Source: a virus
Strand: one strand, 5' to 3'
UHGV virus genome: UHGV-0277504
Length of the DNA stretch: 64,000 bases
Positions within the stretch are counted from its first letter, which is position 1; every line of letters begins with the position of its first letter. Shown here one piece after another: positions 27,980 through 37,282 of this stretch. The notes beneath the pieces were generated by a model. The model saw only the letters and a program-made list of their open reading frames with translations, was not told the DNA's origin and searched no databases. A program made the translations under genes and the position numbers.

Positions 27980-28297
27980 TTAAATAATTTCATCTAAAAC
28001 AATTTCCCCGTTATCAATAACGATAACACCACCTTGAATAATAAAGAAAATCAATCCTTTATATTCCCGTGCTATTCCGTAATCATAAGGCGTTTTACCA
28101 AATAGTTTGTTACGTTTATAGAATGTAATATCTTCACTGTGTAAACCACCAGGTACGTGTACAGTTAGTTCAGGATGCCAACCTGTGCCCCCTAAATCAT
28201 TTCTGTATAAGTTTTTGGACTTATACCCATCATAACCAAATGTTTCCATTATATTATTTGCAATTAATTCTATATTATTTTTATACAATATTATCAA
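27980..28297 (-). CDS. hypothetical protein
   Basis: ORF track. Confidence 0.5.
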   Translation of the reverse strand: MIILYKNNIELIANNIMETFGYDGYKSKNLYRNDLGGTGWHPELTVHVPGGLHSEDITFYKRNKLFGKTPYDYGIAREYKGLIFFIIQGGVIVIDNGEIVLDEII

Positions 28298-28526
28298 TTC
28301 CCTTCTGTGAATTACTGTAATTATATATTATCATTTATCTTATGATTAATCAATAGATTTACATAAATTTATTTAACTTTTTTCGTTGGTCTATTTTCTA
28401 CTATTATATGAAGAAACTGGAAAATAGGTTAAAATAAAATTAGATTGTGTACAACAAGATCTCACCATAAAAAAATTATTATATAAAAAAATTATAGTTA
28501 TGCTAAATAATAAAATAAATAAGCAG

Positions 28527-28747
28527 GTGTAAAATTGACTATTGATTTTGAACATGGTTTATTATATAATGGAAGTGATGACTATCTTTAAGTTAATAAA
28601 TATATTATATAAAAAAATTATATAATACCCTTTTTTTATAACCCACCCACCACTCCAATTATTATGTTAAGGCATTTTTGCCAATTTGTCAAGAGGTAAA
28701 TTTTACACTTTTTTCTTTTGTAAATAGTGTAAAATTGCCCTAAAAAC
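28527..28747. promoter_or_regulatory. three copies of operator-like GTGTAAAATT (28527-28537 +, 28696-28708 inverted, 28727-28737 +) flanking promoters
   Basis: read directly; plus thrice-repeated attatataaaaaaattata. Confidence 0.4.
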
Positions 28748-28760
28748 TTTTAAAATTATA

Positions 28761-28789
28761 TTTACAAATACGGTAATATGCTGTAATAT
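28761..28789 (+). promoter_or_regulatory. promoter TTTACA-17-TAATAT for + strand island
   Basis: read directly. Confidence 0.55.
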
Positions 28790-28858
28790 ATTAAGTGTAG
28801 TAAGCAAGGGAAACAAATTCCCACTACAAATATTATATAAAAAAGGAATTGATTAAAA

Positions 28859-29080
28859 ATGAAAAACGTTAAAAATTTAAAAAATTGGTTAAAAAGAAAC
28901 AATTATGATTTTGAAGAATACAACACGCCAGACGGTTGTGGGAGCACATTGAAAGGGATTATTATTCATAACATTGAATTTGCTACTGAGAATGATGAAC
29001 TAGTTGCTCTATTCCCTGATGGTGATTATGAACACATGACAAACAGACAAGCTTATAACTTTATTAGAAAAAACATTTAA
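28859..29080 (+). CDS. hypothetical protein
   Basis: ORF track; AAGGAATTGA SD. Confidence 0.5.
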   Translation: MKNVKNLKNWLKRNNYDFEEYNTPDGCGSTLKGIIIHNIEFATENDELVALFPDGDYEHMTNRQAYNFIRKNI

Positions 29081-29112
29081 TAAAAAAATTAATTAAAAAG
29101 GAATGAATTAGA

Positions 29113-29313
29113 ATGACACATATTAAAGTAGATAAAAGAAAATCATTAAATAAAAATATAAAAGAAAATGGATTAAAAAAAGAATTAAATAAAAATAGTG
29201 GAAAAATAAAAATAAAAGAAAGTTTATTAAGAAAAGCAAAAAGAAATAATGATATAGAAAAAATTAATAAACTAGAAAATGAATTAAAAAAATTATATAA
29301 TCAATTAGACTAG
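29113..29313 (+). CDS. lysine-rich small protein
   Basis: ORF track; AAGGAATGA SD. Confidence 0.45.
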   Translation: MTHIKVDKRKSLNKNIKENGLKKELNKNSGKIKIKESLLRKAKRNNDIEKINKLENELKKLYNQLD

Positions 29314-29333
29314 GGAAAACCCTAGTCTTTTTA
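29308..29333 (+). terminator. rho-independent terminator
   Basis: GACTAGGGAAAACCCTAGTC + T5. Confidence 0.7.
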
Positions 29334-29353
29334 TGTTCTATATCTTATATCTT

Positions 29354-29540
29354 TTTTAGGGGAAATCCGTACGATACTACTTGCTATTTTTAGGGGAAAA
29401 TCGACACCAGACTACTTGAAACAACTAGCCTTTTTCATACAATACTACTTACTAATTATGTATATTTATAAGAATATTTGAATAAAATTCATACAATACT
29501 ACTTACATTATATAGGTAAAATATAGACAATACTACTTGA
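29354..29540. repeat. five iteron-like direct repeats (C)AATACTACTT(G/A) at 29373, 29409, 29441, 29494, 29528 plus duplicated ttttaggggaaa
   Basis: read directly. Confidence 0.7.
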
Positions 29541-29582
29541 ATATATAATAGTATTCAGGAAGGTAGTGGGTAGATTAACCCC

Positions 29583-29610
29583 CTAGTATTAAAAAAGATA
29601 TTAATACTAG
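29583..29610. repeat. perfect palindrome CTAGTATTAA-aaaagata-TTAATACTAG
   Basis: read directly. Confidence 0.7.
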
Positions 29611-29943
29611 AGCTAAATCATATTTCAGTTTAGGCTAGGTCTAGTTTCATTTTTGTTAATATTTTTACACGCACTCTTATCCACGCAACCTAAATTAATA
29701 GGTTAATACTACCCCGTTCATATTGAACCTAAGAGTCCTCCCTGTCCTTTATTGCTTGGTAGACATCACCAACTATGGTAGAAGGTATAGTGTATCTATA
29801 CCTACAAAGTATAAGCATTGCATATCTTATACCCGCCCTGTGAGTTTTATGCAGGTGCTCGTGGCTCACTACCACCACATCGTTGTCGCTATTCCTATAG
29901 GTTCCTATGCATGACCTATACTCATCAGCTCTTTATCTTATTG
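29583..29943 (-). ncRNA. candidate minus-strand structured transcript from GC-richer ORF-free core
   Basis: minus-strand promoter TTGACC-17-TATAGT (rc of 29951-29979); no credible ORF; GC-richer than flanks. Confidence 0.3.
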
Positions 29944-29950
29944 TACTTAT

Positions 29951-29979
29951 ACTATACCATACTTTTAATATCAGGTCAA
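29951..29979 (-). promoter_or_regulatory. promoter TTGACC-17-TATAGT (minus)
   Basis: rc. Confidence 0.45.
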
Positions 29980-30045
29980 GTAAAAAATGATAACTTTTAC
30001 TTATTATTTGATATAAGTTTATCTTATTATAAATAAAACTTTTTT

Positions 30046-30121
30046 GAAATTTTTAAGCAACCTATCGTAAAAATTTTTAAGGGGGTATCATCCTAAATTT
30101 TTTAAGGTCTTCATCCTAAAA
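30046..30121. repeat. ~27-bp tandem direct repeat x2.5 (TTTTTAAGG-n6-ATCCTAAA)
   Basis: read directly. Confidence 0.65.
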
Positions 30122-30123
30122 TA

Positions 30124-30160
30124 ACAAACCGCTTCGAGAATTTAATCTGAAGCGGTTTGT
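30124..30160 (-). terminator. terminator hairpin ACAAACCGCTTC...GAAGCGGTTTGT (minus)
   Basis: GAAGCGG-family stem. Confidence 0.5.
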
Positions 30161-30162
30161 TA

Positions 30163-30363
30163 TTATAAAGTATTGTTAACTTCTTTAAGTAATTTTAATA
30201 ATTCATCATATTTTTCATCTGTCAATCTACTATTTTCTTTTAAAGTTTTATCTAAGAAGTTAGGTAATTCTTCATCAGAATAAGATGTTCCTTTACCTAA
30301 TTCTTCTAAATAACGTTTTACTATATACTCTACTGTTTCTAATTCTTTTAGTGATTCTCTCAT
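30163..30363 (-). CDS. hypothetical protein
   Basis: ORF track. Confidence 0.5.
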   Translation of the reverse strand: MRESLKELETVEYIVKRYLEELGKGTSYSDEELPNFLDKTLKENSRLTDEKYDELLKLLKEVNNTL

Positions 30364-30387
30364 ATAAACACTCCTTAATTATAAACA

Positions 30388-30723
30388 TTACTTCATACCT
30401 TTAAAAAATTTATTTAATTTAATCTTTTCTTTTTCTTCTTTTTCAAGTCTTTCTTTATTTTTTTCATCATAGAAATCAATTAATTCGTAAATAGTATCAA
30501 ACTTAGTTAATTTCTTTTTAAAATTTCTACCTTTAAGTGTGTTTAATTCAAACATTTCAACATAGTTACCCTTTGATATAGTAACAATACCTCCTTCTTT
30601 ATCAAAAACACACTCTACACCATACTCATCATTAGTTATAGTATAATAAGTATTATACCCTACATAACTTTTTCTTCCATGTTCTTTAATATAATTTTTA
30701 AATCCAAGAATATCAATATCCAT
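30388..30723 (-). CDS. member of 4-gene paralog family (~113 aa, KNYI..G...L.D.Y..)
   Basis: paralogs 30864..31205, 31207..31554, 31847..32185. Confidence 0.55.
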   Translation of the reverse strand: MDIDILGFKNYIKEHGRKSYVGYNTYYTITNDEYGVECVFDKEGGIVTISKGNYVEMFELNTLKGRNFKKKLTKFDTIYELIDFYDEKNKERLEKEEKEKIKLNKFFKGMK

Positions 30724-30863
30724 TTGTATAATCTCCTTTATATTTAATACCCTTAGCTTAAGGACTTTAAAAGTCTATATGAAGCGGTAATATTTTTCTA
30801 GTACTATTTATCCTAGAAACAATACCGCTTCTATATAAGGCTCTAAATAGCTTTAGAATTAAT

Positions 30864-31205
30864 CTAGCTTAAAAAGTCTTTAACACTTGATTCAATTCTT
30901 CTTTGTTTTCTCTTTTTTTCATTTTCTTTTCTAGTAAGGTCTTCATGTAATTCATCAATTAAATCAAATACACTAGAGTGTAATTCAATATCTTTGTTAA
31001 GTTGTTCTAATTTATTTAAATCACTAAGTTCTACCTCTAATACAGTTTTTCCATTTTTACAAAATAGTAAATAATTAGAAAAAACATTTGGTTTTTTATA
31101 TTGTATCTCATAACCTTTACCTAAGTCAATATTTTTAATTCCTTTATCATTCATTCTACCATACTTATCAATGTAATTTTTTAAGTCTATACTATCAAAT
31201 CTCAT
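30864..31205 (-). CDS. paralog family member
   Basis: ~60% identical to 31207..31554. Confidence 0.55.
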   Translation of the reverse strand: MRFDSIDLKNYIDKYGRMNDKGIKNIDLGKGYEIQYKKPNVFSNYLLFCKNGKTVLEVELSDLNKLEQLNKDIELHSSVFDLIDELHEDLTRKENEKKRKQRRIESSVKDFLS

Positions 31206-31206
31206 C

Positions 31207-31554
31207 TTATAAACCTCCTAAAAAGTCTTTAACTTTTGATTCAACTTTTCTTTGTCTTCTCTCTTCTTCACTTTCTTTTTTAGTACATTCTTCATATAAA
31301 TCATCAATTAAATTAAATACATTAGGGTATATTAAAATATTTTTATCAAGACATGTTACTTCAACCATATTATCAAGGTCTACCTTTAATACTTCTTTTC
31401 CATTTTTACAGAATAATAAATGGTTGGAAAAAATAATTGGTTCAAGATATTGTATTTCATACCCTTTTCCTAAATCAATAGTTTTAATTCCTTCATCATT
31501 TACTCTACCATACTTATCAATATAATTCTTTAAGTCTATACTATCAAATTCCAT
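31207..31554 (-). CDS. paralog family member
   Basis: tandem duplicate. Confidence 0.55.
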   Translation of the reverse strand: MEFDSIDLKNYIDKYGRVNDEGIKTIDLGKGYEIQYLEPIIFSNHLLFCKNGKEVLKVDLDNMVEVTCLDKNILIYPNVFNLIDDLYEECTKKESEEERRQRKVESKVKDFLGGL

Positions 31555-31787
31555 AATATAATCTCTCCTTTAAACTTTATACTTAAATTGTACTATAATA
31601 CTTATATTTTGTCAACACTTTTATTTAAACCGCTTCTATAAAAACACTAATTTAAGTAATTTTTACACAATGTTCGTGTTTAATGCAAAATTAAGTACTT
31701 TTTCTCTAGAGAAAAGTTACATTAATTACCTATAAAAGTGAACGATACATACTACAATTATGTATAAATATTCGTATAAAAATATAC

Positions 31788-31816
31788 TTGACAACTAATA
31801 TTACTTATGCTATAAT
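31788..31816 (+). promoter_or_regulatory. sigma70-consensus promoter TTGACA-17-TATAAT
   Basis: read directly. Confidence 0.7.
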
Positions 31817-31846
31817 AGTAGTATAATCAATAAGGAGGAATAATAA

Positions 31847-32185
31847 ATGGAATTTACATTAGATGATTTTGTACAATACATTCAACTTAAAGGAAATGAA
31901 GGAACTAAAGAAAAAAATGGAGTTACGTCAATAACATACCTAGTAAGTGAACACTATAGTGTAACTTATAATAGTTTTAATAAAGGTATATTGCTATTAT
32001 ACAGAGATAATATTCAAGTAGAAGTAGTAGATTTAAGTAAAAAGGAAGAAAGAAATGAATTTGAAAAAGTTTTATTCTCTCAAGATAATATCTATGATTT
32101 AATTGATGTATACTATTTTAAGTACATTGAAGCGGAAGAAGAAAGAGAAAACACACTTGAAAAAATAGAAAAATATTTTGAATAA
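31847..32185 (+). CDS. paralog family member (inverted copy)
   Basis: AAGGAGGAATAATA SD. Confidence 0.55.
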   Translation: MEFTLDDFVQYIQLKGNEGTKEKNGVTSITYLVSEHYSVTYNSFNKGILLLYRDNIQVEVVDLSKKEERNEFEKVLFSQDNIYDLIDVYYFKYIEAEEERENTLEKIEKYFE

Positions 32186-32260
32186 TAATTACTAGACCTC
32201 TTGACAGGAGGTCTTTTCTATGATATACTAATAGTATAATAAATAAGGAGGAGTTACATA

Positions 32261-32521
32261 ATGATTGAACTTAATAAAGTTACAGGAGAAGAAAGTGTTA
32301 ATGTAGGGGATTTAGTGCAAGACGATTATACAGGTGATATAGGTATTGTAATTAAACAAGACTTTAATAGTACTTCAAGTATTTATAATGTACTAATACT
32401 AGATACAATAAATGAAGAACACAGTTTACTATACCTAGAACCTAAAACATTATATGATATATCAAAAGACTTTACTGTAATACAAAAGAAAAATAACTAT
32501 AAACTTAATATAGAGTATTAA
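32261..32521 (+). CDS. hypothetical protein (paralog of next)
   Basis: AAGGAGGAG SD. Confidence 0.5.
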   Translation: MIELNKVTGEESVNVGDLVQDDYTGDIGIVIKQDFNSTSSIYNVLILDTINEEHSLLYLEPKTLYDISKDFTVIQKKNNYKLNIEY

Positions 32522-32538
32522 TATAAGGAGGATAAATA

Positions 32539-32805
32539 ATGATTGAAGTAGTAAAAAAGAAAAGTACTATACCATTACAAGATGGAGACTTATTATATGA
32601 AAGTGATTTAGATATGTATGGCTTTATAATTAAAGAAGATACCAGTAATTATGAAAGCATATATAATGTACTGTTACTTGATACTAACTCAAAAAAGCCT
32701 GAATTATATTTCTCTGAGCCTATAACACTAGAAGAAATAGAAGAGTTTGGATTTAATCTAGTAAGTAAAAAAGGTAACTATAATATTAAGATAGAATACA
32801 GTTAA
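32539..32805 (+). CDS. hypothetical protein (paralog of previous)
   Basis: AAGGAGGA SD; shared SIYNVL.LDT motif. Confidence 0.5.
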   Translation: MIEVVKKKSTIPLQDGDLLYESDLDMYGFIIKEDTSNYESIYNVLLLDTNSKKPELYFSEPITLEEIEEFGFNLVSKKGNYNIKIEYS

Positions 32806-32877
32806 TACTACATGGACTATACATTAGAATAGTTTAACTATATATTAGAACAATTGAATAGTATATCAGAATAGTTG

Positions 32878-32914
32878 AGTACCGCTTCAGTAATATAGAA
32901 GCGGTACTTTTTTG
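32878..32914 (+). terminator. rho-independent terminator AGTACCGCTTC...GAAGCGGTACT + T6
   Basis: read directly. Confidence 0.7.
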
Positions 32915-33644
32915 TTTATTATTAAGTTGTATACAATAGTAATTTAATGTTTAAGTATATTGTAGTAGTAATATAAATAAATTATAGTAAACAGGTAACG
33001 TCAAAACAGGTCAAGACAACGAATAGGACAGACAAAAAAATCCTAGGGTATTTCTGTTGGGTTGTTTCTTCTGTTATCCATTTTTACTGTATTTTCTTAC
33101 TCTTAGTATTCTATATCATATAAAAAACTTAGTGATGTTCTATTGTCAATTATAAAATTCTTAAGGTATTTATTTTATTTCTCTTTCCTTACTATTACTA
33201 ATTATATGTAATTGTAAGGTAGTTCTTATGTTACTTCTATTTTTTCTTATTCTTTATTAATATATATATATATAATAGACAAATCTTTTCTTATTTCCTT
33301 TTATTCTTACTCTTACATATTACTTTATTACTACCTCTATTACCTACTACCTATTATTTTTTTATTATTATATTACTTATTAATAAATCCTCTATATTGT
33401 TTATACACATATATAGAGGGCTTTACTTATGTTATTTTTTATTGTTATTATTAATTTTACTTATTATTTGATTTACGTACAATGACTTCTAATATATTAT
33501 ATTCTTCGTTATAGTTAACTCTCTGATAACTATTATCTTCTACACCTTCATTTGCAGTATCAAACCATTTTTCTTCTCCTGTATTATATATTAACCCAAT
33601 ACTAGTTAGGGAATATTCTTGGCGTTATCTTAACAGCTCCTTTT

Positions 33645-34037
33645 TTAACTATCTATAAAGTTATTCAATTTTATTTCTCTATCTATAGCTTCTATTCTTT
33701 CTTTTCTATCTCTTTCTTTCTCACGTTTTTCAATTCTTTTTTGAGTATCTAAATGTTCTTTTAGGCAATAATGTAAAAAATCCATTAACGTTTCACAATG
33801 TTTATATTTTTCATAATCAGTATTCATTTTATGACTAAGAACACCTGCATAATGACCATGTGTGATAAATGCAATAACCTCACCTTTATAGAGGACATTA
33901 ATCCCAGAGGGGAGTATGTCACCTAGCTGGCAATCTCGATATTTAATTTTAAATCCTTGTTCACGCATTGTTTCAGTTTGTATATTACCTAACTCTTTAA
34001 CCTTATCTACTAAAGCGTCAAACACTTTAAATTCCAT
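33645..34037 (-). CDS. hypothetical protein
   Basis: ORF track. Confidence 0.5.
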   Translation of the reverse strand: MEFKVFDALVDKVKELGNIQTETMREQGFKIKYRDCQLGDILPSGINVLYKGEVIAFITHGHYAGVLSHKMNTDYEKYKHCETLMDFLHYCLKEHLDTQKRIEKREKERDRKERIEAIDREIKLNNFIDS

Positions 34038-34050
34038 TACTACCTCTCCT

Positions 34051-34494
34051 TTAGCTTAAATACATACCAATCTTAGGTTCTGATAGTTTATTTCTATATT
34101 CTAGGAAACTAATACTTATATGTTCTATATTATATTCATGATGTTTTACTTTAAAGAAAAGGTAAAAGGCATCTGCAATATCGTTATCGTAATTTGAAAA
34201 GAAATCTTCAATTTCAAAAGTTGCACCATCTATGTTTATAGACATAATAGTACTTATATCAGACTTGTTAAACAAATGTAATCTCTCTACTAATGCTTTA
34301 TACTTCTGAATTAAATGCTTATCATTAATAGTTGCACGAAGTCTATTAGTAAAACTATAGCTGTAATCATTATTTTTCAACGCTTCACGTATACTAAAAT
34401 CTAAATCTGACACAAATAGAGATAATAGTTCTCTTGTATGCTCTAATTCTTCCTTTTTGTTTTTATTTATTAATTCTTTAATATCAATAGTCAT
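34051..34494 (-). CDS. hypothetical protein
   Basis: ORF track. Confidence 0.5.
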   Translation of the reverse strand: MTIDIKELINKNKKEELEHTRELLSLFVSDLDFSIREALKNNDYSYSFTNRLRATINDKHLIQKYKALVERLHLFNKSDISTIMSINIDGATFEIEDFFSNYDNDIADAFYLFFKVKHHEYNIEHISISFLEYRNKLSEPKIGMYLS

Positions 34495-34514
34495 TATCCA
34501 TTCTCCTTTACTTT

Positions 34515-34853
34515 TTATCTATTTGCCACTTTAATCAGTTCATCTATTAAATTGCTTACTTTTTTAATTTCTTCTAAACCAGAAAATTCAAGACAAATTC
34601 TTTCAAATTCTCTATGGTTTACGATAGGTTCTGCATTATTATAAACTACATCTCTACTATTCTCATATCCATTTTCAATGATAAGTGCTAAATAACCATC
34701 TTCAGTTTTTGCTGTTTTAAGTATATTCTTATTTTTTTCTATGATGATAGAAGAAGTCATTACATCATCATATTTAATTATTTTTTTATTATCTTCCTTT
34801 GTTTCATCTTCAGTTAAAGTATCGTAAATAACTTCTTTCCAAACATTAGTCAT
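34515..34853 (-). CDS. hypothetical protein
   Basis: ORF track. Confidence 0.5.
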   Translation of the reverse strand: MTNVWKEVIYDTLTEDETKEDNKKIIKYDDVMTSSIIIEKNKNILKTAKTEDGYLALIIENGYENSRDVVYNNAEPIVNHREFERICLEFSGLEEIKKVSNLIDELIKVANR

Positions 34854-34871
34854 TATTCATTCTCCTTTATG

Positions 34872-35327
34872 TTACTTCCTTTTATTTTTTACATAATCCA
34901 TTTGTTTTTGGTATAACCCATCGTCTTTTTCTTTTTCCATTAATAAAGGTAATACAGTATTATAAGCATAATCATTTATTTTTCTTCTATTTTTAGATAA
35001 TTTAATTCTATTGCCTACACTATTACCATATTTTACTCTTAAATCATCGCACTTATCAGCTAGAAAAACGAATGGTAGAGCTATAATGTTGAAAATAGTA
35101 TAAATGCCTTCTAATATATACTCAGGAATTTTTAAAAAGAAAGCTTTAATACTATGAATACATCTTTCTCTCTTCCATTTTTTAATTAGCTTTTTTAAAT
35201 AAGGACTATGTTCTTTAGCAATTTCTAATTGTTCTTCGTTTAAGAAATCAGGATTACCATTAACGATATACTCTCCAAAAGCACTATAAACTTCATTTTT
35301 AATTCTTTTTACCATAATACTATTCAC
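34872..35327 (-). CDS. hypothetical protein with TM segment
   Basis: ORF track. Confidence 0.5.
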   Translation of the reverse strand: MNSIMVKRIKNEVYSAFGEYIVNGNPDFLNEEQLEIAKEHSPYLKKLIKKWKRERCIHSIKAFFLKIPEYILEGIYTIFNIIALPFVFLADKCDDLRVKYGNSVGNRIKLSKNRRKINDYAYNTVLPLLMEKEKDDGLYQKQMDYVKNKRK

Positions 35328-35330
35328 TCC

Positions 35331-35567
35331 TTAGTTTTTATCATCTCCAACAGTAGCAAACGCAATTCTTAAAGCTAATCTTTCCATAATATGTGATAGT
35401 GATTTATCTAGAAATTTGTCAAATTCATCTCTATATTCTTCTATTACATCTAAAACTTCTTCATCTTCTTTACTATCAAACTCAGTCATAATATCCCAAA
35501 TATTTATATCATACTTACTATTTTTTAATACTTGCATAACTTTATCATAATCAATTCTATTACTCAT
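35331..35567 (-). CDS. hypothetical protein
   Basis: ORF track. Confidence 0.5.
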   Translation of the reverse strand: MSNRIDYDKVMQVLKNSKYDINIWDIMTEFDSKEDEEVLDVIEEYRDEFDKFLDKSLSHIMERLALRIAFATVGDDKN

Positions 35568-35569
35568 AA

Positions 35570-35989
35570 CTACTTCTCCTCCTCTTCTTTTATATTAATA
35601 ATTAATTCGTCAAAACCATGTATATAGGTATATGATTGATAATTATTATTATCACCGTATCCCTCTTCATAAGGAACAGCTATTGTTTGTCTTGATTCGT
35701 CAGAATATACTAATGTAACATGAGTAATATCATCAAATTCAGTAAGTCTATTGAATATTACTTCCTCATTTTCAAAATTAAAAGGGTTATATCGTAATTT
35801 TGTCGATTTTTTTACAATAAAGTAAATATCTTGTGCACTTTTATACGTTTCTACTTCCTCGTCTTCATAATTTAAATGCTCAATACTATCAGAAATACCT
35901 TTAATATGAAGACCTCTAATATATTTTGATTGTATTTCCATACTATCGCAATTTTCAAATGTTAAAATAATACTTTTTAATTTACTCAT
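35570..35989 (-). CDS. hypothetical protein
   Basis: ORF track. Confidence 0.5.
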   Translation of the reverse strand: MSKLKSIILTFENCDSMEIQSKYIRGLHIKGISDSIEHLNYEDEEVETYKSAQDIYFIVKKSTKLRYNPFNFENEEVIFNRLTEFDDITHVTLVYSDESRQTIAVPYEEGYGDNNNYQSYTYIHGFDELIINIKEEEEK

Positions 35990-36020
35990 ACTATATTCTC
36001 CTTAATTTTTTAAATATCAA

Positions 36021-36221
36021 CTAAATTATTTTATTAGCTTTCTCTAATGCTAACATTAGTTCAGTCATTACATCCCTTTTTTCAGAATTAGAAACGGGTA
36101 AATCAAGATACTCTTTAATAATTTTATGTGCCTGAACATAACTTAAGTCATCAATATTTTCTGATTTACTTACTACTTTATTTGCTTTATCATGTAAATT
36201 TTTAATTTGTTTATTATTCAT
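36021..36221 (-). CDS. hypothetical protein
   Basis: ORF track. Confidence 0.45.
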   Translation of the reverse strand: MNNKQIKNLHDKANKVVSKSENIDDLSYVQAHKIIKEYLDLPVSNSEKRDVMTELMLALEKANKII

Positions 36222-36233
36222 AATTACCTCTCC

Positions 36234-36635
36234 TTAATTTATATTAACATATCTACGAACGAATTTCTTAATATTTACTTTTGTAGAATGTTTATACCAT
36301 TTCTTTAAATGAATGTCATAACCTTGAAGTATAAAGTACTTAATACCATTTCCTAAATGTATTTCTGTTTCAATAGCCTGGTCTTTAAACCTTGACTTTG
36401 CATAACCATTTTTAATACTAAATATTCTAGTCGTGTCTTGCCAACGTTTAGGAGTTTCTTCAAACATGTATTCTAAGATAGGATAACGGTTTTTATTATC
36501 AAAACTTAAAGTGTTTTTATATAAATATGCTTTCCTATTCTCAATTTCTATTGGAATAGTGTTTTGAGAAAACCAAGCACACTTATCATTATTCTCTTTT
36601 TTAATAACAAGAACACCATAATCTAAACTAGCCAT
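36234..36635 (-). CDS. hypothetical protein
   Basis: ATG 36635 with AAGGTGA SD; track start 36680 sits in promoter. Confidence 0.5.
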   Translation of the reverse strand: MASLDYGVLVIKKENNDKCAWFSQNTIPIEIENRKAYLYKNTLSFDNKNRYPILEYMFEETPKRWQDTTRIFSIKNGYAKSRFKDQAIETEIHLGNGIKYFILQGYDIHLKKWYKHSTKVNIKKFVRRYVNIN

Positions 36636-36866
36636 TCTAATCACCTTTTCCTTTATATTAAGTATATTTATAATATACACTATATTTATACAGTTGTCAA
36701 TAGTTATTTTTAAGTGTTTTTAGAGCTTTATAGCGTTGTTTTATTATTTAGGTACATTTATACCTAAAATTTATTAGATATTCTGTATGCTTCTTATATA
36801 AGCTTTGTGTAGGTATAAAAATAACCTTTACATATTAGTAAAGGTTATTTGTTATTTAAACATTAT

Positions 36867-37271
36867 TTATTTTACCAATTCTCCATCTTTCCAAATGAGT
36901 GTCATTGTGTCATCTTCATTAACTAAATATATACATTTAGTAACAATACGGTTAGAAGTGTACCCTAGAATATCATTAATACTTACAGATTTATGAATAT
37001 CCGGAAATTTTGATTTTGTGTAATCTAAATTTGTATATATTTCTAAGACAGAATCTAGTTTTGTGTTTTCTGTAATTTCTTCTTCAACTTCAACTGTGAA
37101 AGTTTCATCTTTATTAATTGGGTCATCTATAAATACTGTTTGAAAACGATTAAACCCCACACAACTATTATCAAGGTTGCTATAAAATGTTTTTTCTTTA
37201 ATATTGTTCTTCCAAACATATTCAATCAATTCTGGTAATGCCATTTCTATTTTTCTTTTAATTTTAACCAT
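36867..37271 (-). CDS. hypothetical protein (paralog of 37542..37958)
   Basis: shared MVKIK...L.ELI...NI start. Confidence 0.5.
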   Translation of the reverse strand: MVKIKRKIEMALPELIEYVWKNNIKEKTFYSNLDNSCVGFNRFQTVFIDDPINKDETFTVEVEEEITENTKLDSVLEIYTNLDYTKSKFPDIHKSVSINDILGYTSNRIVTKCIYLVNEDDTMTLIWKDGELVK

Positions 37272-37282
37272 AATATCTCTCC

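Noticed and set aside
29354-29540. Possible CRISPR array (repeated ATACTACTT units)
   Set aside because: The repeats are about 10 bp with irregular 32-53 bp spacing and partially repeated spacer sequence, and there are no cas genes. It is an iteron-like array, not CRISPR.
29700-29740. tRNA-like GGTTCAATATGAACC element
   Set aside because: The loop is 5 nt, not the 7-nt T-loop. No acceptor or anticodon arms could be built. No tRNA genes recognised in the window.
29921-29928. CUGAUGAG hammerhead-ribozyme-like core on the minus strand in the 29.6-29.9 kb GC-rich core
   Set aside because: The downstream stem II is followed by GGAA rather than GAAA, with a G-G mismatch at the closing pair. An 8-mer is expected by chance about once in this window.
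33470-33640. Apparent coding-like open stretch on the minus strand upstream of 33645
   Set aside because: No start codon in frame after the upstream TAA. It is likely a gene remnant or non-coding leader.
32880-33640. 760-bp AT-rich ORF-free stretch with tattac-type low-complexity repeats
   Set aside because: No promoter, terminator or structure stands out. It is likely the long upstream or regulatory region of the + strand island and the start of the leftward gene train. It is noted but not called.
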